Assembly: GCA_000817105.1 (NCBI GenBank)
Contig: JUEP01000001.1
Span: 109,095-173,094 of the forward strand
DNA from: a marine actinobacterium MedAcidi-G3
GTDB taxonomy: Bacteria > Actinomycetota > Acidimicrobiia > Acidimicrobiales > Poriferisodalaceae
Direction: 5' to 3'
Length of the DNA stretch: 64,000 nucleotides
Part shown: positions 27,787-37,962 of the stretch, piece after piece
Numbering within the stretch: position 1 is the stretch's first letter
How the letters are laid out: each line of letters starts with the position of its first letter
Made by a program: the position numbers and the translations under genes
Notes under the pieces: generated by a model
The model's database searches: none
What the model was told of the DNA's origin: nothing
What the model saw: the letters and a program-made list of their open reading frames with translations, nothing else

Positions 27787-29484
27787 ATGGCAATTCCGAG
27801 CGACCTTGACATCGCAAATTCAGCGTCTCTTTTGCCTCTCTCTGAGGTAGCTGCTTCGGCCGGTATTCCTAATGAGTTCCTGGAGCTTTATGGGTCGGGT
27901 GCAGCCAAGATAAAGCTAGAAGCGATTGATGCGCTTCAATCACGTAACGACGCAAAATACGTCGTGATTTCAGCCATTACGCCTACTCCACTCGGCGAGG
28001 GAAAGACGACCACTACGGTTGGCCTCGGTCAGGCGTTCCGACACATTGGGAAGTCAGCGACCGTCGCTATTCGGCAGCCGTCGATGGGTCCAACATTTGG
28101 GATAAAGGGCGGTGCCGCAGGCGGTGGATATAGCCAGATCGTGCCAATGGACTTGTTTAACCTGCACCTCACTGGCGACATGCACGCCGTATCTGCTGCA
28201 CACAACATGTGCGCTGCTGTCCTTGATGCCCACCTCTTTCACGGCAATGACCTTGGCCTCGATCTGCACAACATTAGTTGGAGACGGGTCCTTGATATTA
28301 ATGACCGCTCTTTGCGAAACGTAACTCTCGGCCTTGGAGGCCGGCTCGACGGTATTCCGCGGGAAAGCGGGTTCGATATCACCGCTGCGTCAGAGGTTAT
28401 GGCTGCTCTTGCGTTGGCGACTTCCTTGCAGGACTTACGGGAACGGATGGGGAATATAGTCGTCGGCTACACCACTGCTAACACTCCAGTAACAGCGGAG
28501 GACCTAGGAGTGGCGGGCGCAATGACCGTCATTTTACGCGAAGCGATAAAGCCAAACCTTATGCAAACGTTGGAGGGAACCCCAGCCTTAGTCCACACGG
28601 GGCCTTTCGGAAATATAGCGACAGGAAATTCATCGATCATTGCCGATCAGATCGGTATCAAAACTGGAGATTTCCTTTTGACCGAAGCAGGTTTCGGGGC
28701 AGACATGGGCGCTGAACGGTTTTTTAATATCAAGTGTCGTTACTCAGGTCTGACTCCAGACGCCGCCGTTTTGGTGGCGACAGTTCGCGGGCTAAAGGCC
28801 CATTCGGGTAATCACAAAATTATTGCTGGGAGGCCGTTACCGGAGGCTTTGCTCGCTGAAAATCCAGATGAAGTCCATGCCGGTGGTGACAACCTCAGGA
28901 AACAGCTGGAGAATATGAAGATCCACGGCGTTACCCCCGTGGTCGCGATCAACGTCTTTCCCGAAGATAACGAAGCTGACTTGGCGGCGATTACTGAAAT
29001 TGCGAGCGAGTATGGCGCGCTGTCGGCTCGCTGCACTCATTTTGAGAATGGCGGAATGGGAGCAACAGAACTTGCTGAAGCGGTTGCCCAAGCAGCGGCA
29101 GAGGAGAGTCACTTTGCGCCTTTGTATGACGACGCTATGCCACTACGAGACAAGATCCGGACAGTGGCGCAACGTGTTTACGGAGCTGAGGATGTCTCGT
29201 TTACCGCACGAGCTGACAAGCAATTAACCGGTTACGAGCAAAATGGTTTTGGGGATTTGCCGGTCTGCATAGCGAAGACTCATCTATCCATCTCTTCCGA
29301 CCCGAAGCTTTTGGGTGCTCCGACCGGTTGGACTTTACCCGTCCGTGAGGTTCGGGCATCTGTAGGAGCAGGATTCATCTACCCAATCTGCGGGGACATG
29401 CGAACAATGCCTGGCCTAGGCAAAAACCCTGCTGCGCACCACATTGACATTGATGCCGACGGTAATATTGTCGGCTTGAGTTAG
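27787..29484 (+). CDS. fhs: Formate--tetrahydrofolate ligase
   Basis: TPTPLGEGKTTT, GIKGGAAGGGYSQ, NLHLTGD, EAGFGADMGAE, CIAKT, MPGL; RBS GGAGG. Confidence 0.97.
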   Translation: MAIPSDLDIANSASLLPLSEVAASAGIPNEFLELYGSGAAKIKLEAIDALQSRNDAKYVVISAITPTPLGEGKTTTTVGLGQAFRHIGKSATVAIRQPSMGPTFGIKGGAAGGGYSQIVPMDLFNLHLTGDMHAVSAAHNMCAAVLDAHLFHGNDLGLDLHNISWRRVLDINDRSLRNVTLGLGGRLDGIPRESGFDITAASEVMAALALATSLQDLRERMGNIVVGYTTANTPVTAEDLGVAGAMTVILREAIKPNLMQTLEGTPALVHTGPFGNIATGNSSIIADQIGIKTGDFLLTEAGFGADMGAERFFNIKCRYSGLTPDAAVLVATVRGLKAHSGNHKIIAGRPLPEALLAENPDEVHAGGDNLRKQLENMKIHGVTPVVAINVFPEDNEADLAAITEIASEYGALSARCTHFENGGMGATELAEAVAQAAAEESHFAPLYDDAMPLRDKIRTVAQRVYGAEDVSFTARADKQLTGYEQNGFGDLPVCIAKTHLSISSDPKLLGAPTGWTLPVREVRASVGAGFIYPICGDMRTMPGLGKNPAAHHIDIDADGNIVGLS

Positions 29485-29494
29485 AGGAGTTCGG

Positions 29495-30361
29495 ATGTCA
29501 CTCTTTGGGTCGAAGGAAGAAGATGGCGCTCAGCGGCAAGTTCGGTGGAACTTGATTGATTCCGCTCGCTTAGAGGTGATTCCTCTTAAGAATTTAGATT
29601 CACAGCTTCAGTACCTACCCGAAGGCTCATCTGTTTCGGTGACAGCCTCGCCTGCGAAGACTCTGGAAGACACCTGGATCCTCAGTCGAAAGCTTTCTGA
29701 GCGAGGATTCAAGCCCGTGCCTCACTTGGCGGCGAGGATGCTGACTAGCGAAACCCAACTTGTGTCGTTGATTTCCCAACTCCCCGAGGTTGGTGCTTCG
29801 GAACTGTTTTTGGTTGGTGGAGACGCACCAGACCCATTTGGGCCTTTTGTCGACTCGATTCAAGTGTTGGAGTCAATTCTCGCTTTGGACCATGGCCTTG
29901 ATCACATCGGAGTTACTGCTTACCCGGATGGTCATTCCTTCATCAACGAAACAACCCTCAGTGAATCGCTGCATGCAAAGCAAGCGCTTCTGGAGTCCGC
30001 TGGCCTATCCGGACACGCCTCAACACAGATGTGCTTCGATCCGGCCGCTATCAGAGGTTGGCTGCAACGTGAGCGCGATGCCGGTCTAACGATTCCTATT
30101 CGACTCGGCATACCGGGAGCAGTAGACCGCGCCAAGCTGCTCTCGATAGGAGCTCGGCTTGGTGTTGGTGCCTCGTTACGGTTTCTCAAAAAAAACAAGT
30201 CAACGGTTACGCGGTTATTCGCGCCCGGTGGTTACAACCCCAACAAATTGTTACGACCTTTGACTGGTGTTGTGGAGCCTTTGGGAATTGAAGGTCTCCA
30301 TATCTTCACTTTCAATCAGATCGAGAAGACTGAGATGTGGCGGCGAGCTAATTTGAGCTGA
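29495..30361 (+). CDS. metF: 5,10-methylenetetrahydrofolate reductase
   Basis: PHLAAR, LVGGD, TAYPDGH, TQMCFD, GLHIFTFN. Confidence 0.85.
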   Translation: MSLFGSKEEDGAQRQVRWNLIDSARLEVIPLKNLDSQLQYLPEGSSVSVTASPAKTLEDTWILSRKLSERGFKPVPHLAARMLTSETQLVSLISQLPEVGASELFLVGGDAPDPFGPFVDSIQVLESILALDHGLDHIGVTAYPDGHSFINETTLSESLHAKQALLESAGLSGHASTQMCFDPAAIRGWLQRERDAGLTIPIRLGIPGAVDRAKLLSIGARLGVGASLRFLKKNKSTVTRLFAPGGYNPNKLLRPLTGVVEPLGIEGLHIFTFNQIEKTEMWRRANLS

Positions 30362-30388
30362 GAAGGCGGTTAGCTTCGGGGTGCCTCC

Positions 30389-31603
30389 TCAAGACGAACT
30401 CAAAACATCAACCTTGATGACACTGGGAATCGCTTCTAATTCAGTGACTGTGGTGTGTCCTGGCATTTGGGATACCCGGATCGTGGCCACCGCCGCCGCA
30501 ACGCCTGTGCCCTCAAAGATCTCGTTACGCATTTGTTGGACATTGAGTCCGGCTGTACCCAGACATGACAAGATTGCTGCAAGAACGCCTACTTCGTCTT
30601 TGTGTCTGACTGCGACTGCACACTCGCCCAGGGGCCGAGCAGCAATATTCACGCAATTTGGTGGGACACCTGTCTCGTAGGCATTAATAGTTGAGACCAC
30701 TCCCCTGGCCACAGCTGTTCGAGCCTGCTCAGTTGAGGCGCCTATGTGGTGACTGCCCACAAAGTTGTCCATTTGAGCAATAGTCGGTCCCCACATCGTC
30801 TTCGCTTCGACTGGTTCAGCTTCATACACATCGAGCCCTACGCGTAGACCCTTGGTGGTCATAGCTTCTAGCAGGGCGTGTTCGTCCACTAAACCGCCGC
30901 GGGCCGTGTTTACGAGAGTTGCACCCACCTTCATGTTGCTGAGGAAATGTTTGTTCACTAGGTGTTGCGTTTGTGGGGTCAGAGGTAAATGCAGTGACAC
31001 GATGTCGGCAACAGTTAGTAGGTCCTCAATGCTTTCGTGCAAGGTCGCATCAAGGTCAGAGATCGCAACGCTCGCAGATGGGGTTCGATCCTGGCTCTGC
31101 AAACCATGAATCGAGAGCCCGAAAGCCTTGGCCCTAACTGCAACCTCGTAGCCAATACTGCCAAAACCGAGAATCCCAATGTTCCGACCTTTGAGGCCGC
31201 TGGCGTCAGAGTATTTAGCCTTATTCCAATACGAGCCCTTGAGATCGTTGGTTGATTGTGTAATACCCCTGTCCAAGGCAAGAACCAGACCGAGGGTTAG
31301 CTCGGCAACGGCTACGGCATTTTGTCCTGGCACGTTGCAAACATAGATACCGAATTCGCTCGCTGCGTCTACGTCGATGGTGTCGGTACCAGCGCCGGCT
31401 CTGATGATCAGGCCCAAGTTTGGTGCCGCTTCCATCATCTCGCGTGTGACGGTGGTGCTTCTGACAATTAAGACTTCGGCGGTCGCCATATTGTGCCTTA
31501 AAGTTGCCTGATCCGACGAAGCGGCTATTACGCAGCGGTGACCTTGGCCCTTTAAAACAGCAACTTCTGCAGCCTGAATAGCATCAACGAAATAAAGCAA
31601 CAT
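30389..31603 (-). CDS. serA: D-3-phosphoglycerate dehydrogenase-like 2-hydroxyacid dehydrogenase with C-terminal ACT domain
   Basis: RAGAGTDTID, GILGFGSIG, SLHLPLT, NTARG, HIGAST.QA, H.D.VGVLA ACT. Confidence 0.75.
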   Translation of the reverse strand: MLLYFVDAIQAAEVAVLKGQGHRCVIAASSDQATLRHNMATAEVLIVRSTTVTREMMEAAPNLGLIIRAGAGTDTIDVDAASEFGIYVCNVPGQNAVAVAELTLGLVLALDRGITQSTNDLKGSYWNKAKYSDASGLKGRNIGILGFGSIGYEVAVRAKAFGLSIHGLQSQDRTPSASVAISDLDATLHESIEDLLTVADIVSLHLPLTPQTQHLVNKHFLSNMKVGATLVNTARGGLVDEHALLEAMTTKGLRVGLDVYEAEPVEAKTMWGPTIAQMDNFVGSHHIGASTEQARTAVARGVVSTINAYETGVPPNCVNIAARPLGECAVAVRHKDEVGVLAAILSCLGTAGLNVQQMRNEIFEGTGVAAAVATIRVSQMPGHTTVTELEAIPSVIKVDVLSSS

Positions 31604-31704
31604 GTGACCCCTCACTAACAGTCCGGAGTCGGTAATCCCATAGACCCAAGGATGACAGAGAGAACTTTTCAAGGGTGGCGGCGTATTTTGGAGAGCGTTG
31701 TGGG

Positions 31705-32025
31705 TCAGTTAACGAGATCACGAAGGTCACCTGCGACCAAAAAAAGTAGAAGCAGGATCACCGAACTGTTGATCACCACCATAGGAATCTTCCATCGACT
31801 GTTACCTGCCGAAAAGCGTTTGATGCTTAAGGCATTCGCAGCGATAGCCACTGTTCCCAAAGAGAGACCTATCCAAGGCCCCACACCGGAGCTAACCCCA
31901 ATCAACGGCGCAAAAAATGGCAAAACGACGTAAGTTAGTCCACACCGAACTCCGGACACGACCATGGACATACTGAAGGTACGAGTTTGGACCTCAGTCG
32001 CTGAGGCATCAACGGTTTTGGTCAT
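31705..32025 (-). CDS. Small membrane protein (3 TM)
   Basis: Hydrophobic helices; ATGA coupling to upstream kinase gene. Confidence 0.7.
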   Translation of the reverse strand: MTKTVDASATEVQTRTFSMSMVVSGVRCGLTYVVLPFFAPLIGVSSGVGPWIGLSLGTVAIAANALSIKRFSAGNSRWKIPMVVINSSVILLLLFLVAGDLRDLVN

Positions 32026-32987
32026 TTCGGCTCTTCTTTAGACTCGTTGACTGTTTGCATCGGTGGAGACAGCCCCGCAACATGCAGTCCTCCGGGGACA
32101 ACAGTAACCGTTTGTGGAAGGGAACCCACATCTTCTCCGTCAGATCTCAGGGCACAGCTTTTGTAGTCACCACTGTTAGTTAAATTAATACTGACCCTCT
32201 CAGCACGTAATATCTCAACCGCAGGATGGCCGATGTGTTTGCCCTTAAATGTTTTCGGCAGCATACGTAAGAGGTTCAGAGCCGAGGTGTCTCGGATGAC
32301 AACGATGTCGGCCTTTCCGTCCCAGGCAACCGCGGATGGAGCGATCTGCATTCCTCCACCGAATGCTGGCGTATTCGCTATGGCGATCATGAGGCAACGA
32401 CCCTCCATCTCAATGCCGTCGAGAGTCATTTGGAAGTCGTATCTTTTAAGCTTCCTTAGCTCACGGAGGGTTGCAAGTGTGTAGCGGCTTGATCCGCGTG
32501 GCCATGCCATCTGCTCCGCCCGGATGTTTACAGCGGCAGAAAACCCGGCGGTGGCAATCGTGGTGCCGTAACGGGTCAGTCCTGTGTTGTCTTCAAGACG
32601 CAGAAGGTCAACTGGTTGGGCCTTTCCGATAGCCGCCTTACTTGAGCTCTGCAGATCAACCGAAAGGCCTAACCCATAGGCGAAGTCGTTTCCGGTTCCG
32701 GCGGGCACAATACCCAACGTGGCCGACGTCTCTGCGCACTCTTGCACTAAATGATGAATGAGGCCATCACCTCCGACGCCGACTAGATGTCGGCCGTCAG
32801 CGATAGCTTTCTTTGCGATTTTCCTGCTTTGATCTGCGCTTAAAGGCTGGTGGTGCTCGACCTCGCACCCTAAAGAGCGAAGTAACGCAGCCACTTCGCC
32901 TCCTCGGATCTCTGCGCGCCCTCGATTTGCGTATTTATTTGTGATGATTGTTGCTGCTTGATGCGTTTCTTGGGGGCTCTGGTTCAT
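32022..32987 (-). CDS. Diacylglycerol kinase family lipid kinase
   Basis: GGDG, PAGTGNDFA, FGGGM.IAP, DGE. Confidence 0.9.
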   Translation of the reverse strand: MNQSPQETHQAATIITNKYANRGRAEIRGGEVAALLRSLGCEVEHHQPLSADQSRKIAKKAIADGRHLVGVGGDGLIHHLVQECAETSATLGIVPAGTGNDFAYGLGLSVDLQSSSKAAIGKAQPVDLLRLEDNTGLTRYGTTIATAGFSAAVNIRAEQMAWPRGSSRYTLATLRELRKLKRYDFQMTLDGIEMEGRCLMIAIANTPAFGGGMQIAPSAVAWDGKADIVVIRDTSALNLLRMLPKTFKGKHIGHPAVEILRAERVSINLTNSGDYKSCALRSDGEDVGSLPQTVTVVPGGLHVAGLSPPMQTVNESKEEPK

Positions 32988-33076
32988 TGCTCAGTAATCG
33001 ATTGTTAAGGTGGCCTCAATATTGTTCGATGAGGACTGCCAGTTGGTCCTTACCTTCTACTTCATGCGAGGTTTCA

Positions 33077-34267
33077 GTGTCAGGCGCTTTAGACGGTATC
33101 CGAGTTCTCGATTTATCCACTCTCGTACAAGGACCCCAGGCCGCTGCAATGTTGCATGACTTGGGAGCAGAAGTAATAAAAATAGAGCTTCCGGAAATAG
33201 GGGACATGGGTCGGCACGTCGGGGTTATTGAAGAGCTTGGCACTTCTGTCTTTTGGGAGGCGTGCAACCGCGGAAAGCGCTCAGTAACCCTGGATCTCAG
33301 GACTGATGCAGGGTACGAGGCCTTCTTGAAACTCGTCGAAGTCTCAGATGTAGTTCTGTCGAACTTCCAACCTGGAACTCTCGACGGTTGGAATTTGGGC
33401 TACGAAGACCTGGCAGCTGTTAACCCGAGAATCATCTGGGCCGCCGGGAGTTTCTTGGGTCCATTGGGGCCAGATGCCTTGAGAGAGGGTGCGGACATTG
33501 TTGGTGAAGCTGCAGGCGGTGTTATTTCTGGGATTGGCAACGATGATGAGCCAGCAACAACCGTTGCTTCCCTACTGGCGGACCACTGTGGTTCCCAGAA
33601 CCTCCAAACAGGAATTCTTGCTGCACTGTTTGCACGCGAACGAACGGGTCGCGGCCAACGTATCGATGTCAGTCTTCTCGGTGGCCAGATTTGGATGCAG
33701 GCACCTGAATACACCCACTATTTCTTGACTGGCGAACTGGCTGGACGATCGAATGGCGGTCACCCACTCGTTCATGCGTTATATGGCGTCTTCCCCACCT
33801 CAGATGGAGCACTTGCCATGGCCGGCTGCCCTGAACACTTATGGGAAGGCATGTGCAGGGCTATCGAGAAACCCGAATGGGTGGACCACCCTACCTACAA
33901 CCAGTATTTCGTCACGAAGGAAATAGCGCGCGATATGAGACGCGAATTTATCGAAATTTTTAGTCAGCGCTCAACAGAAGACTGGTCCCAGCGCCTTAGT
34001 GCCGAGGAGCAGAGGTTCTCCCCCGTGCGGTCGCACGATGAGGTGACCGCTGATCCGCAGTCGTTCGCCAACGGGTACATCGTAGAAGTCGATCACCCCC
34101 AGTTTGGCAAAGTGAACATGATTGGTTGCCCAATTCAGATGTCCGACACCCCCACCCGATTTGGAGTCGAAGCTCAGCAGCTGGGGCAAGATACCGAAAT
34201 GGTCTTGGTGGAAGCAGGGTATGAGTGGGATGAGTTAGAGGACTTACGAGAGCGTGGAGCTTGGTAG
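33077..34267 (+). CDS. CoA-transferase family III (CaiB/BaiF)
   Basis: LDGIRVLDLS, LGAEVIKIE, NRGKRS..LDL, NFQPG, RERTGRGQ.IDVSL. Confidence 0.92.
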   Translation: MSGALDGIRVLDLSTLVQGPQAAAMLHDLGAEVIKIELPEIGDMGRHVGVIEELGTSVFWEACNRGKRSVTLDLRTDAGYEAFLKLVEVSDVVLSNFQPGTLDGWNLGYEDLAAVNPRIIWAAGSFLGPLGPDALREGADIVGEAAGGVISGIGNDDEPATTVASLLADHCGSQNLQTGILAALFARERTGRGQRIDVSLLGGQIWMQAPEYTHYFLTGELAGRSNGGHPLVHALYGVFPTSDGALAMAGCPEHLWEGMCRAIEKPEWVDHPTYNQYFVTKEIARDMRREFIEIFSQRSTEDWSQRLSAEEQRFSPVRSHDEVTADPQSFANGYIVEVDHPQFGKVNMIGCPIQMSDTPTRFGVEAQQLGQDTEMVLVEAGYEWDELEDLRERGAW

Positions 34268-34276
34268 CTGCGTTAT

Positions 34277-35671
34277 TCACCCCAAGGGACCGAAAGGCAT
34301 GTGAAGGACGCAGATAATTGCCGCCTGTTGGTGGGCAACTAGGATTTCTCCTTCGCCTATCCGAATATAACTCCAGATTCCAAGACCTATCATGGTGATC
34401 ACTGTCGAAACGCTTGCTCCGATGGTCCTTCGGGCTTTCCAGAGCTTGGAACTAAGGCCAGGCTTGGGTGCGGAAGTCGACTGATAAGGGCCTTCATCTA
34501 TAAACAAATGGACGACTGCGGCGCCAATACCCAGAATGGACGCCAGCCACCAATACCCCGAATAGGAGCCATACGCATCTCTATACAAACCGGCTCCATA
34601 ACTGCCAATAAATGCCCCAATTTGGTGGCTTAGAAATACGAACCCAAAAAGAATTCCGGCATGCTCAGGTCCGAATTGTTTTAGAACAATTGCCGATGTG
34701 AGAGGAACCGTTGAAAGCCAGACCAATCCGATTACTGCACTACTGACTAACGCCACTTCTGCAGTCATCGGAATGGCGACCATACAAGCGAAGACAATCC
34801 CTCGGATTCCGTAGAGGATTGCGAGCAACTTCGTGTTGCTGTACCGGGTGCCCAGCCAGCCAATCGCCATCGTCCCACCGATGTTGAACAGGCCGATCGT
34901 GGCGAGGGCCAAAGCCGCTATCCGAGTTGTTTGCCCAACATCTTCAAGATACTTCGGCAGGTGTAGGCCAATGAAGGTCACATGAAACCCGCACACCGAA
35001 AATCCAACGAGGAGCAAAACGTAACTTCGATAATTGAGTGCTAGTCGAAGAGTCTCTCGACTAGTTGTCGTTGTTTGTTGAGAGGAGGTTTCGGGGTGTT
35101 GTGACCGTAACGGCCTGACACAAAGCGTAGCTATCGCTATGAGCGCGATTCCCAGAAATAAACTTTTCCGCCACCCGAATTCGCTGATGAGGTTTTGCGT
35201 TACCGGGATGAGGAAAAATTGCCCCAATGACCCAAACGCTGTGGTTGTTGCTAGGGCGGCCGTCCGACGGGACTCTTCAACAAGCCGTCCAACCGACGCC
35301 AAGATAACCGCGAAACTTAAACCAGCCAGCCCGAGGCCGGTTAGGAAGCCCAGGCCGATAGTAATCCCTGCAGTCGTCTGAGCGGCTCCCGCTACTAACA
35401 GCCCGAGTATGTAGAGAACGCCCCCTGCTACCAGGACGCGCGCTGACCCATAACGATCGGATATTGCGCCGGCAATAGGTTGACCTAGGCCCCATATGAG
35501 ATTCTGGATAGCGATAGCCAGACCAAACGATCCTGTAGAAATCCCCAAATCCACGGAAATAGGGTCTAGGTATATGCCCATTGTTGACCGGACACCCATT
35601 GAGACTGCGGTCGCAAAGCACCCAGCTGCCAGGATGATGGTTATTGGAGACAGCCCTCGTGTGACCTTCAC
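34277..35671 (-). CDS. MFS transporter
   Basis: GAISDRYG motif A, GFSVCGFHV, SHQIG.F.G; about 12 TM. Confidence 0.9.
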   Translation of the reverse strand: MKVTRGLSPITIILAAGCFATAVSMGVRSTMGIYLDPISVDLGISTGSFGLAIAIQNLIWGLGQPIAGAISDRYGSARVLVAGGVLYILGLLVAGAAQTTAGITIGLGFLTGLGLAGLSFAVILASVGRLVEESRRTAALATTTAFGSLGQFFLIPVTQNLISEFGWRKSLFLGIALIAIATLCVRPLRSQHPETSSQQTTTTSRETLRLALNYRSYVLLLVGFSVCGFHVTFIGLHLPKYLEDVGQTTRIAALALATIGLFNIGGTMAIGWLGTRYSNTKLLAILYGIRGIVFACMVAIPMTAEVALVSSAVIGLVWLSTVPLTSAIVLKQFGPEHAGILFGFVFLSHQIGAFIGSYGAGLYRDAYGSYSGYWWLASILGIGAAVVHLFIDEGPYQSTSAPKPGLSSKLWKARRTIGASVSTVITMIGLGIWSYIRIGEGEILVAHQQAAIICVLHMPFGPLG

Positions 35672-36504
35672 CGACAGAGGTTTTCTATGGTTCCGATGCC
35701 CTCGATGCTGGTTGTTACCACATCACCCGGTTTCAAAAATCGCTGGTCAGGCATCCCAACGCCGGCAGGGGTACCCGTAAAAATTAGGTCACCGGGTTCA
35801 AGCGTCAGAACGGCTGAGAGGTAGCTGACCAAGAATGAAACGTCAAATATCAAGCTACTCGTTCGGTCATCTTGCCGGCGCTCTCCGTTGACGTCGCAGG
35901 TGATCGCCAGATTGTCCGGGTCGCCGAAGCTGTCGGGCGACACCAGGATAGGGCCAGTCGGGCCGTAGGTGTCACGCGATTTTCCCAATCCAAACTGAGG
36001 TGGCTGTGCTCCCAGTTGAAGTTCCCGGTCGGAGATGTCTTGGCCCACCATGAGGCCGGCAACATGAGACCAACTCTCTTCAATTGAGATATCTCTTGTC
36101 GTGTGACCAATTACCACAACCAATTCTGCTTCGTAGTCACCTTGTTCCGCTCGAAGTTTTATATCGGTGAAGGGTCCCGAGATACAAGACGGATATTTCG
36201 AAAAGACAACCGGCACCTTGGGCAACTCCATTTTTGACTCTTTGGCGTGATCTTTATAATTGAGACCGATGCCAAAGGAATTGCGTGGCCGAGGAACCGG
36301 TGCCTGCAAAGTTGCTTCCTCAAGTGAGCCATCGGCGTCACTATCAGAGAGGGTGTCCGCAAGCTCATGCAGGGCATCAACCTGGGTGATTGCCAGCATT
36401 GGATCAGAGCTGACTGCCTCATCAGAAAGTCGGCTGAGGTCGAAAAAATAGCCGCCTTCGACTAGCGATGCTCTCCCATTTACGTTGGCTAAAGAAAACG
36501 ACAT
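35668..36504 (-). CDS. Fumarylacetoacetate hydrolase family protein
   Basis: GLNY.DH, DYEAEL, DISDR, GKS.DT, LEPGDLIFTGTP.GVG. Confidence 0.93.
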   Translation of the reverse strand: MSFSLANVNGRASLVEGGYFFDLSRLSDEAVSSDPMLAITQVDALHELADTLSDSDADGSLEEATLQAPVPRPRNSFGIGLNYKDHAKESKMELPKVPVVFSKYPSCISGPFTDIKLRAEQGDYEAELVVVIGHTTRDISIEESWSHVAGLMVGQDISDRELQLGAQPPQFGLGKSRDTYGPTGPILVSPDSFGDPDNLAITCDVNGERRQDDRTSSLIFDVSFLVSYLSAVLTLEPGDLIFTGTPAGVGMPDQRFLKPGDVVTTSIEGIGTIENLCR

Positions 36505-36599
36505 GCTTCACCCCAATTGTGGCTGCCCGAATACGAATCAGCCCTGGACCATAGGGCGCCTGGGCCGCTAACGCCACGCTTTTTCGAATACGATTTCGA

Positions 36600-37895
36600 T
36601 TACACCAAGACGCTGTCAGCCACCACGAGCTTTCCCCTGCAAATAGTGTGTCGGACCCGACCGATCAGATCCTTCCCTTGCCAAGGGTTGTTTGCGCTTT
36701 TGCTTTGCAGACTGCCGCGTTCAGGTACCCACCGCTCCTGTGGGTCAAAAATTGCGATATTTGCGACTGCCCCAGTTTTAAGGTGCTGGCCTTGTGAGGT
36801 AAGGCCTGCGATTCTTGCCGGTTCAGTCGAAAGCAACGCCACAAACCGGTCCAAAGTCATCAAGCCAGTTTCCACGAATTCTGTCCAAATAACGGACGCC
36901 ACTGTCTCAACACCCAGCATGCCGGGAGGCGCAGCTGACAAACTCACGTCCTTCGACTCCGGCGAATGCGGCGCATGATCTGTCGCAATCGCATCGATGG
37001 TGCCATCGAAGAGACCCACCCGCAAGGCTTCCACGTCGGGCGTTGTCCTAAGCGGAGGATTCATCTTTCCTGAGGTACCGAGACGTTCGACGTCTTCTTC
37101 GGTGAGGATTAGATGTTGCGGAGTCACTTCAGATGTGACCTTGACGCCTGATGATTTGGCGAGCCTTACGAGTTCAGTGGCTAGAGAGGTAGACATGTGC
37201 AAAACGTGATATCTGCCGTTGGTAGCAGCAGCCAATCGTAAATCGCGCTCCACGATCACCGCTTCCGCCTCGCGCGGTCGACCCTTTAGACCGAGACGAG
37301 CCGAAACTGCGCCTTCGTTTATGATTCCACCATCGACCATCTCAGAGTGCTCGGCGTGCTGACTGATGACTGATCCGGGAAGTCGAGACGATGCGATTAG
37401 TGCCTGCTCCATCAAATTTGCATCATCAACGACTGTGCCATCATCGGTGAAGACGCGAACCCCGGCCTCGTAAAGCGCGTCGAAGTCGACTAGCTGCTGG
37501 CCCTCTCTAGCTTGGGTAATGGCTGCTGACGTATAAACGTCGCAGGGCGTCGTCCGCCCGATCGCTAAGACCTCGTTGACTAAATCTGGGTTATCTATCG
37601 TCGGAACAGTGTTGGGCATCATGACACATGCAGTGACACCGCCAAGGGCTGCACCGGCGGCGCCCGATGAAATATCTTCGCTTTCCTCGCCCCCGGGAGT
37701 CCTAAAATGCACCTGTATGTCTACGAAGCCCGGAAGAACCAAAGCGTCTGTCGCTTCTAGGACTTGACCTTTGTCGACCAGTGAGCCCATCGGGCCGATC
37801 TCGGCTACCACTCCGTCAGCGACCCTGAGATCTAGCGGTCCACTGTCGATTTGACCTGCAAGTAAGCCACCGCTGACCACCAAGGATTCACTCAT
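36600..37895 (-). CDS. pyrC: Dihydroorotase-family cyclic amidohydrolase
   Basis: MPNT.P, FTDDG, EVTPQHL, KMNPPLR, IATDHAPH; first metal-ligand His replaced (DIQVH). Confidence 0.75.
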   Translation of the reverse strand: MSESLVVSGGLLAGQIDSGPLDLRVADGVVAEIGPMGSLVDKGQVLEATDALVLPGFVDIQVHFRTPGGEESEDISSGAAGAALGGVTACVMMPNTVPTIDNPDLVNEVLAIGRTTPCDVYTSAAITQAREGQQLVDFDALYEAGVRVFTDDGTVVDDANLMEQALIASSRLPGSVISQHAEHSEMVDGGIINEGAVSARLGLKGRPREAEAVIVERDLRLAAATNGRYHVLHMSTSLATELVRLAKSSGVKVTSEVTPQHLILTEEDVERLGTSGKMNPPLRTTPDVEALRVGLFDGTIDAIATDHAPHSPESKDVSLSAAPPGMLGVETVASVIWTEFVETGLMTLDRFVALLSTEPARIAGLTSQGQHLKTGAVANIAIFDPQERWVPERGSLQSKSANNPWQGKDLIGRVRHTICRGKLVVADSVLV

Positions 37896-37962
37896 CGCTT
37901 CACCCTACGGGAGATGCCTCCTCGCCGATACCCAACATCAAGTTCCGAGATAGTATTCTCGT

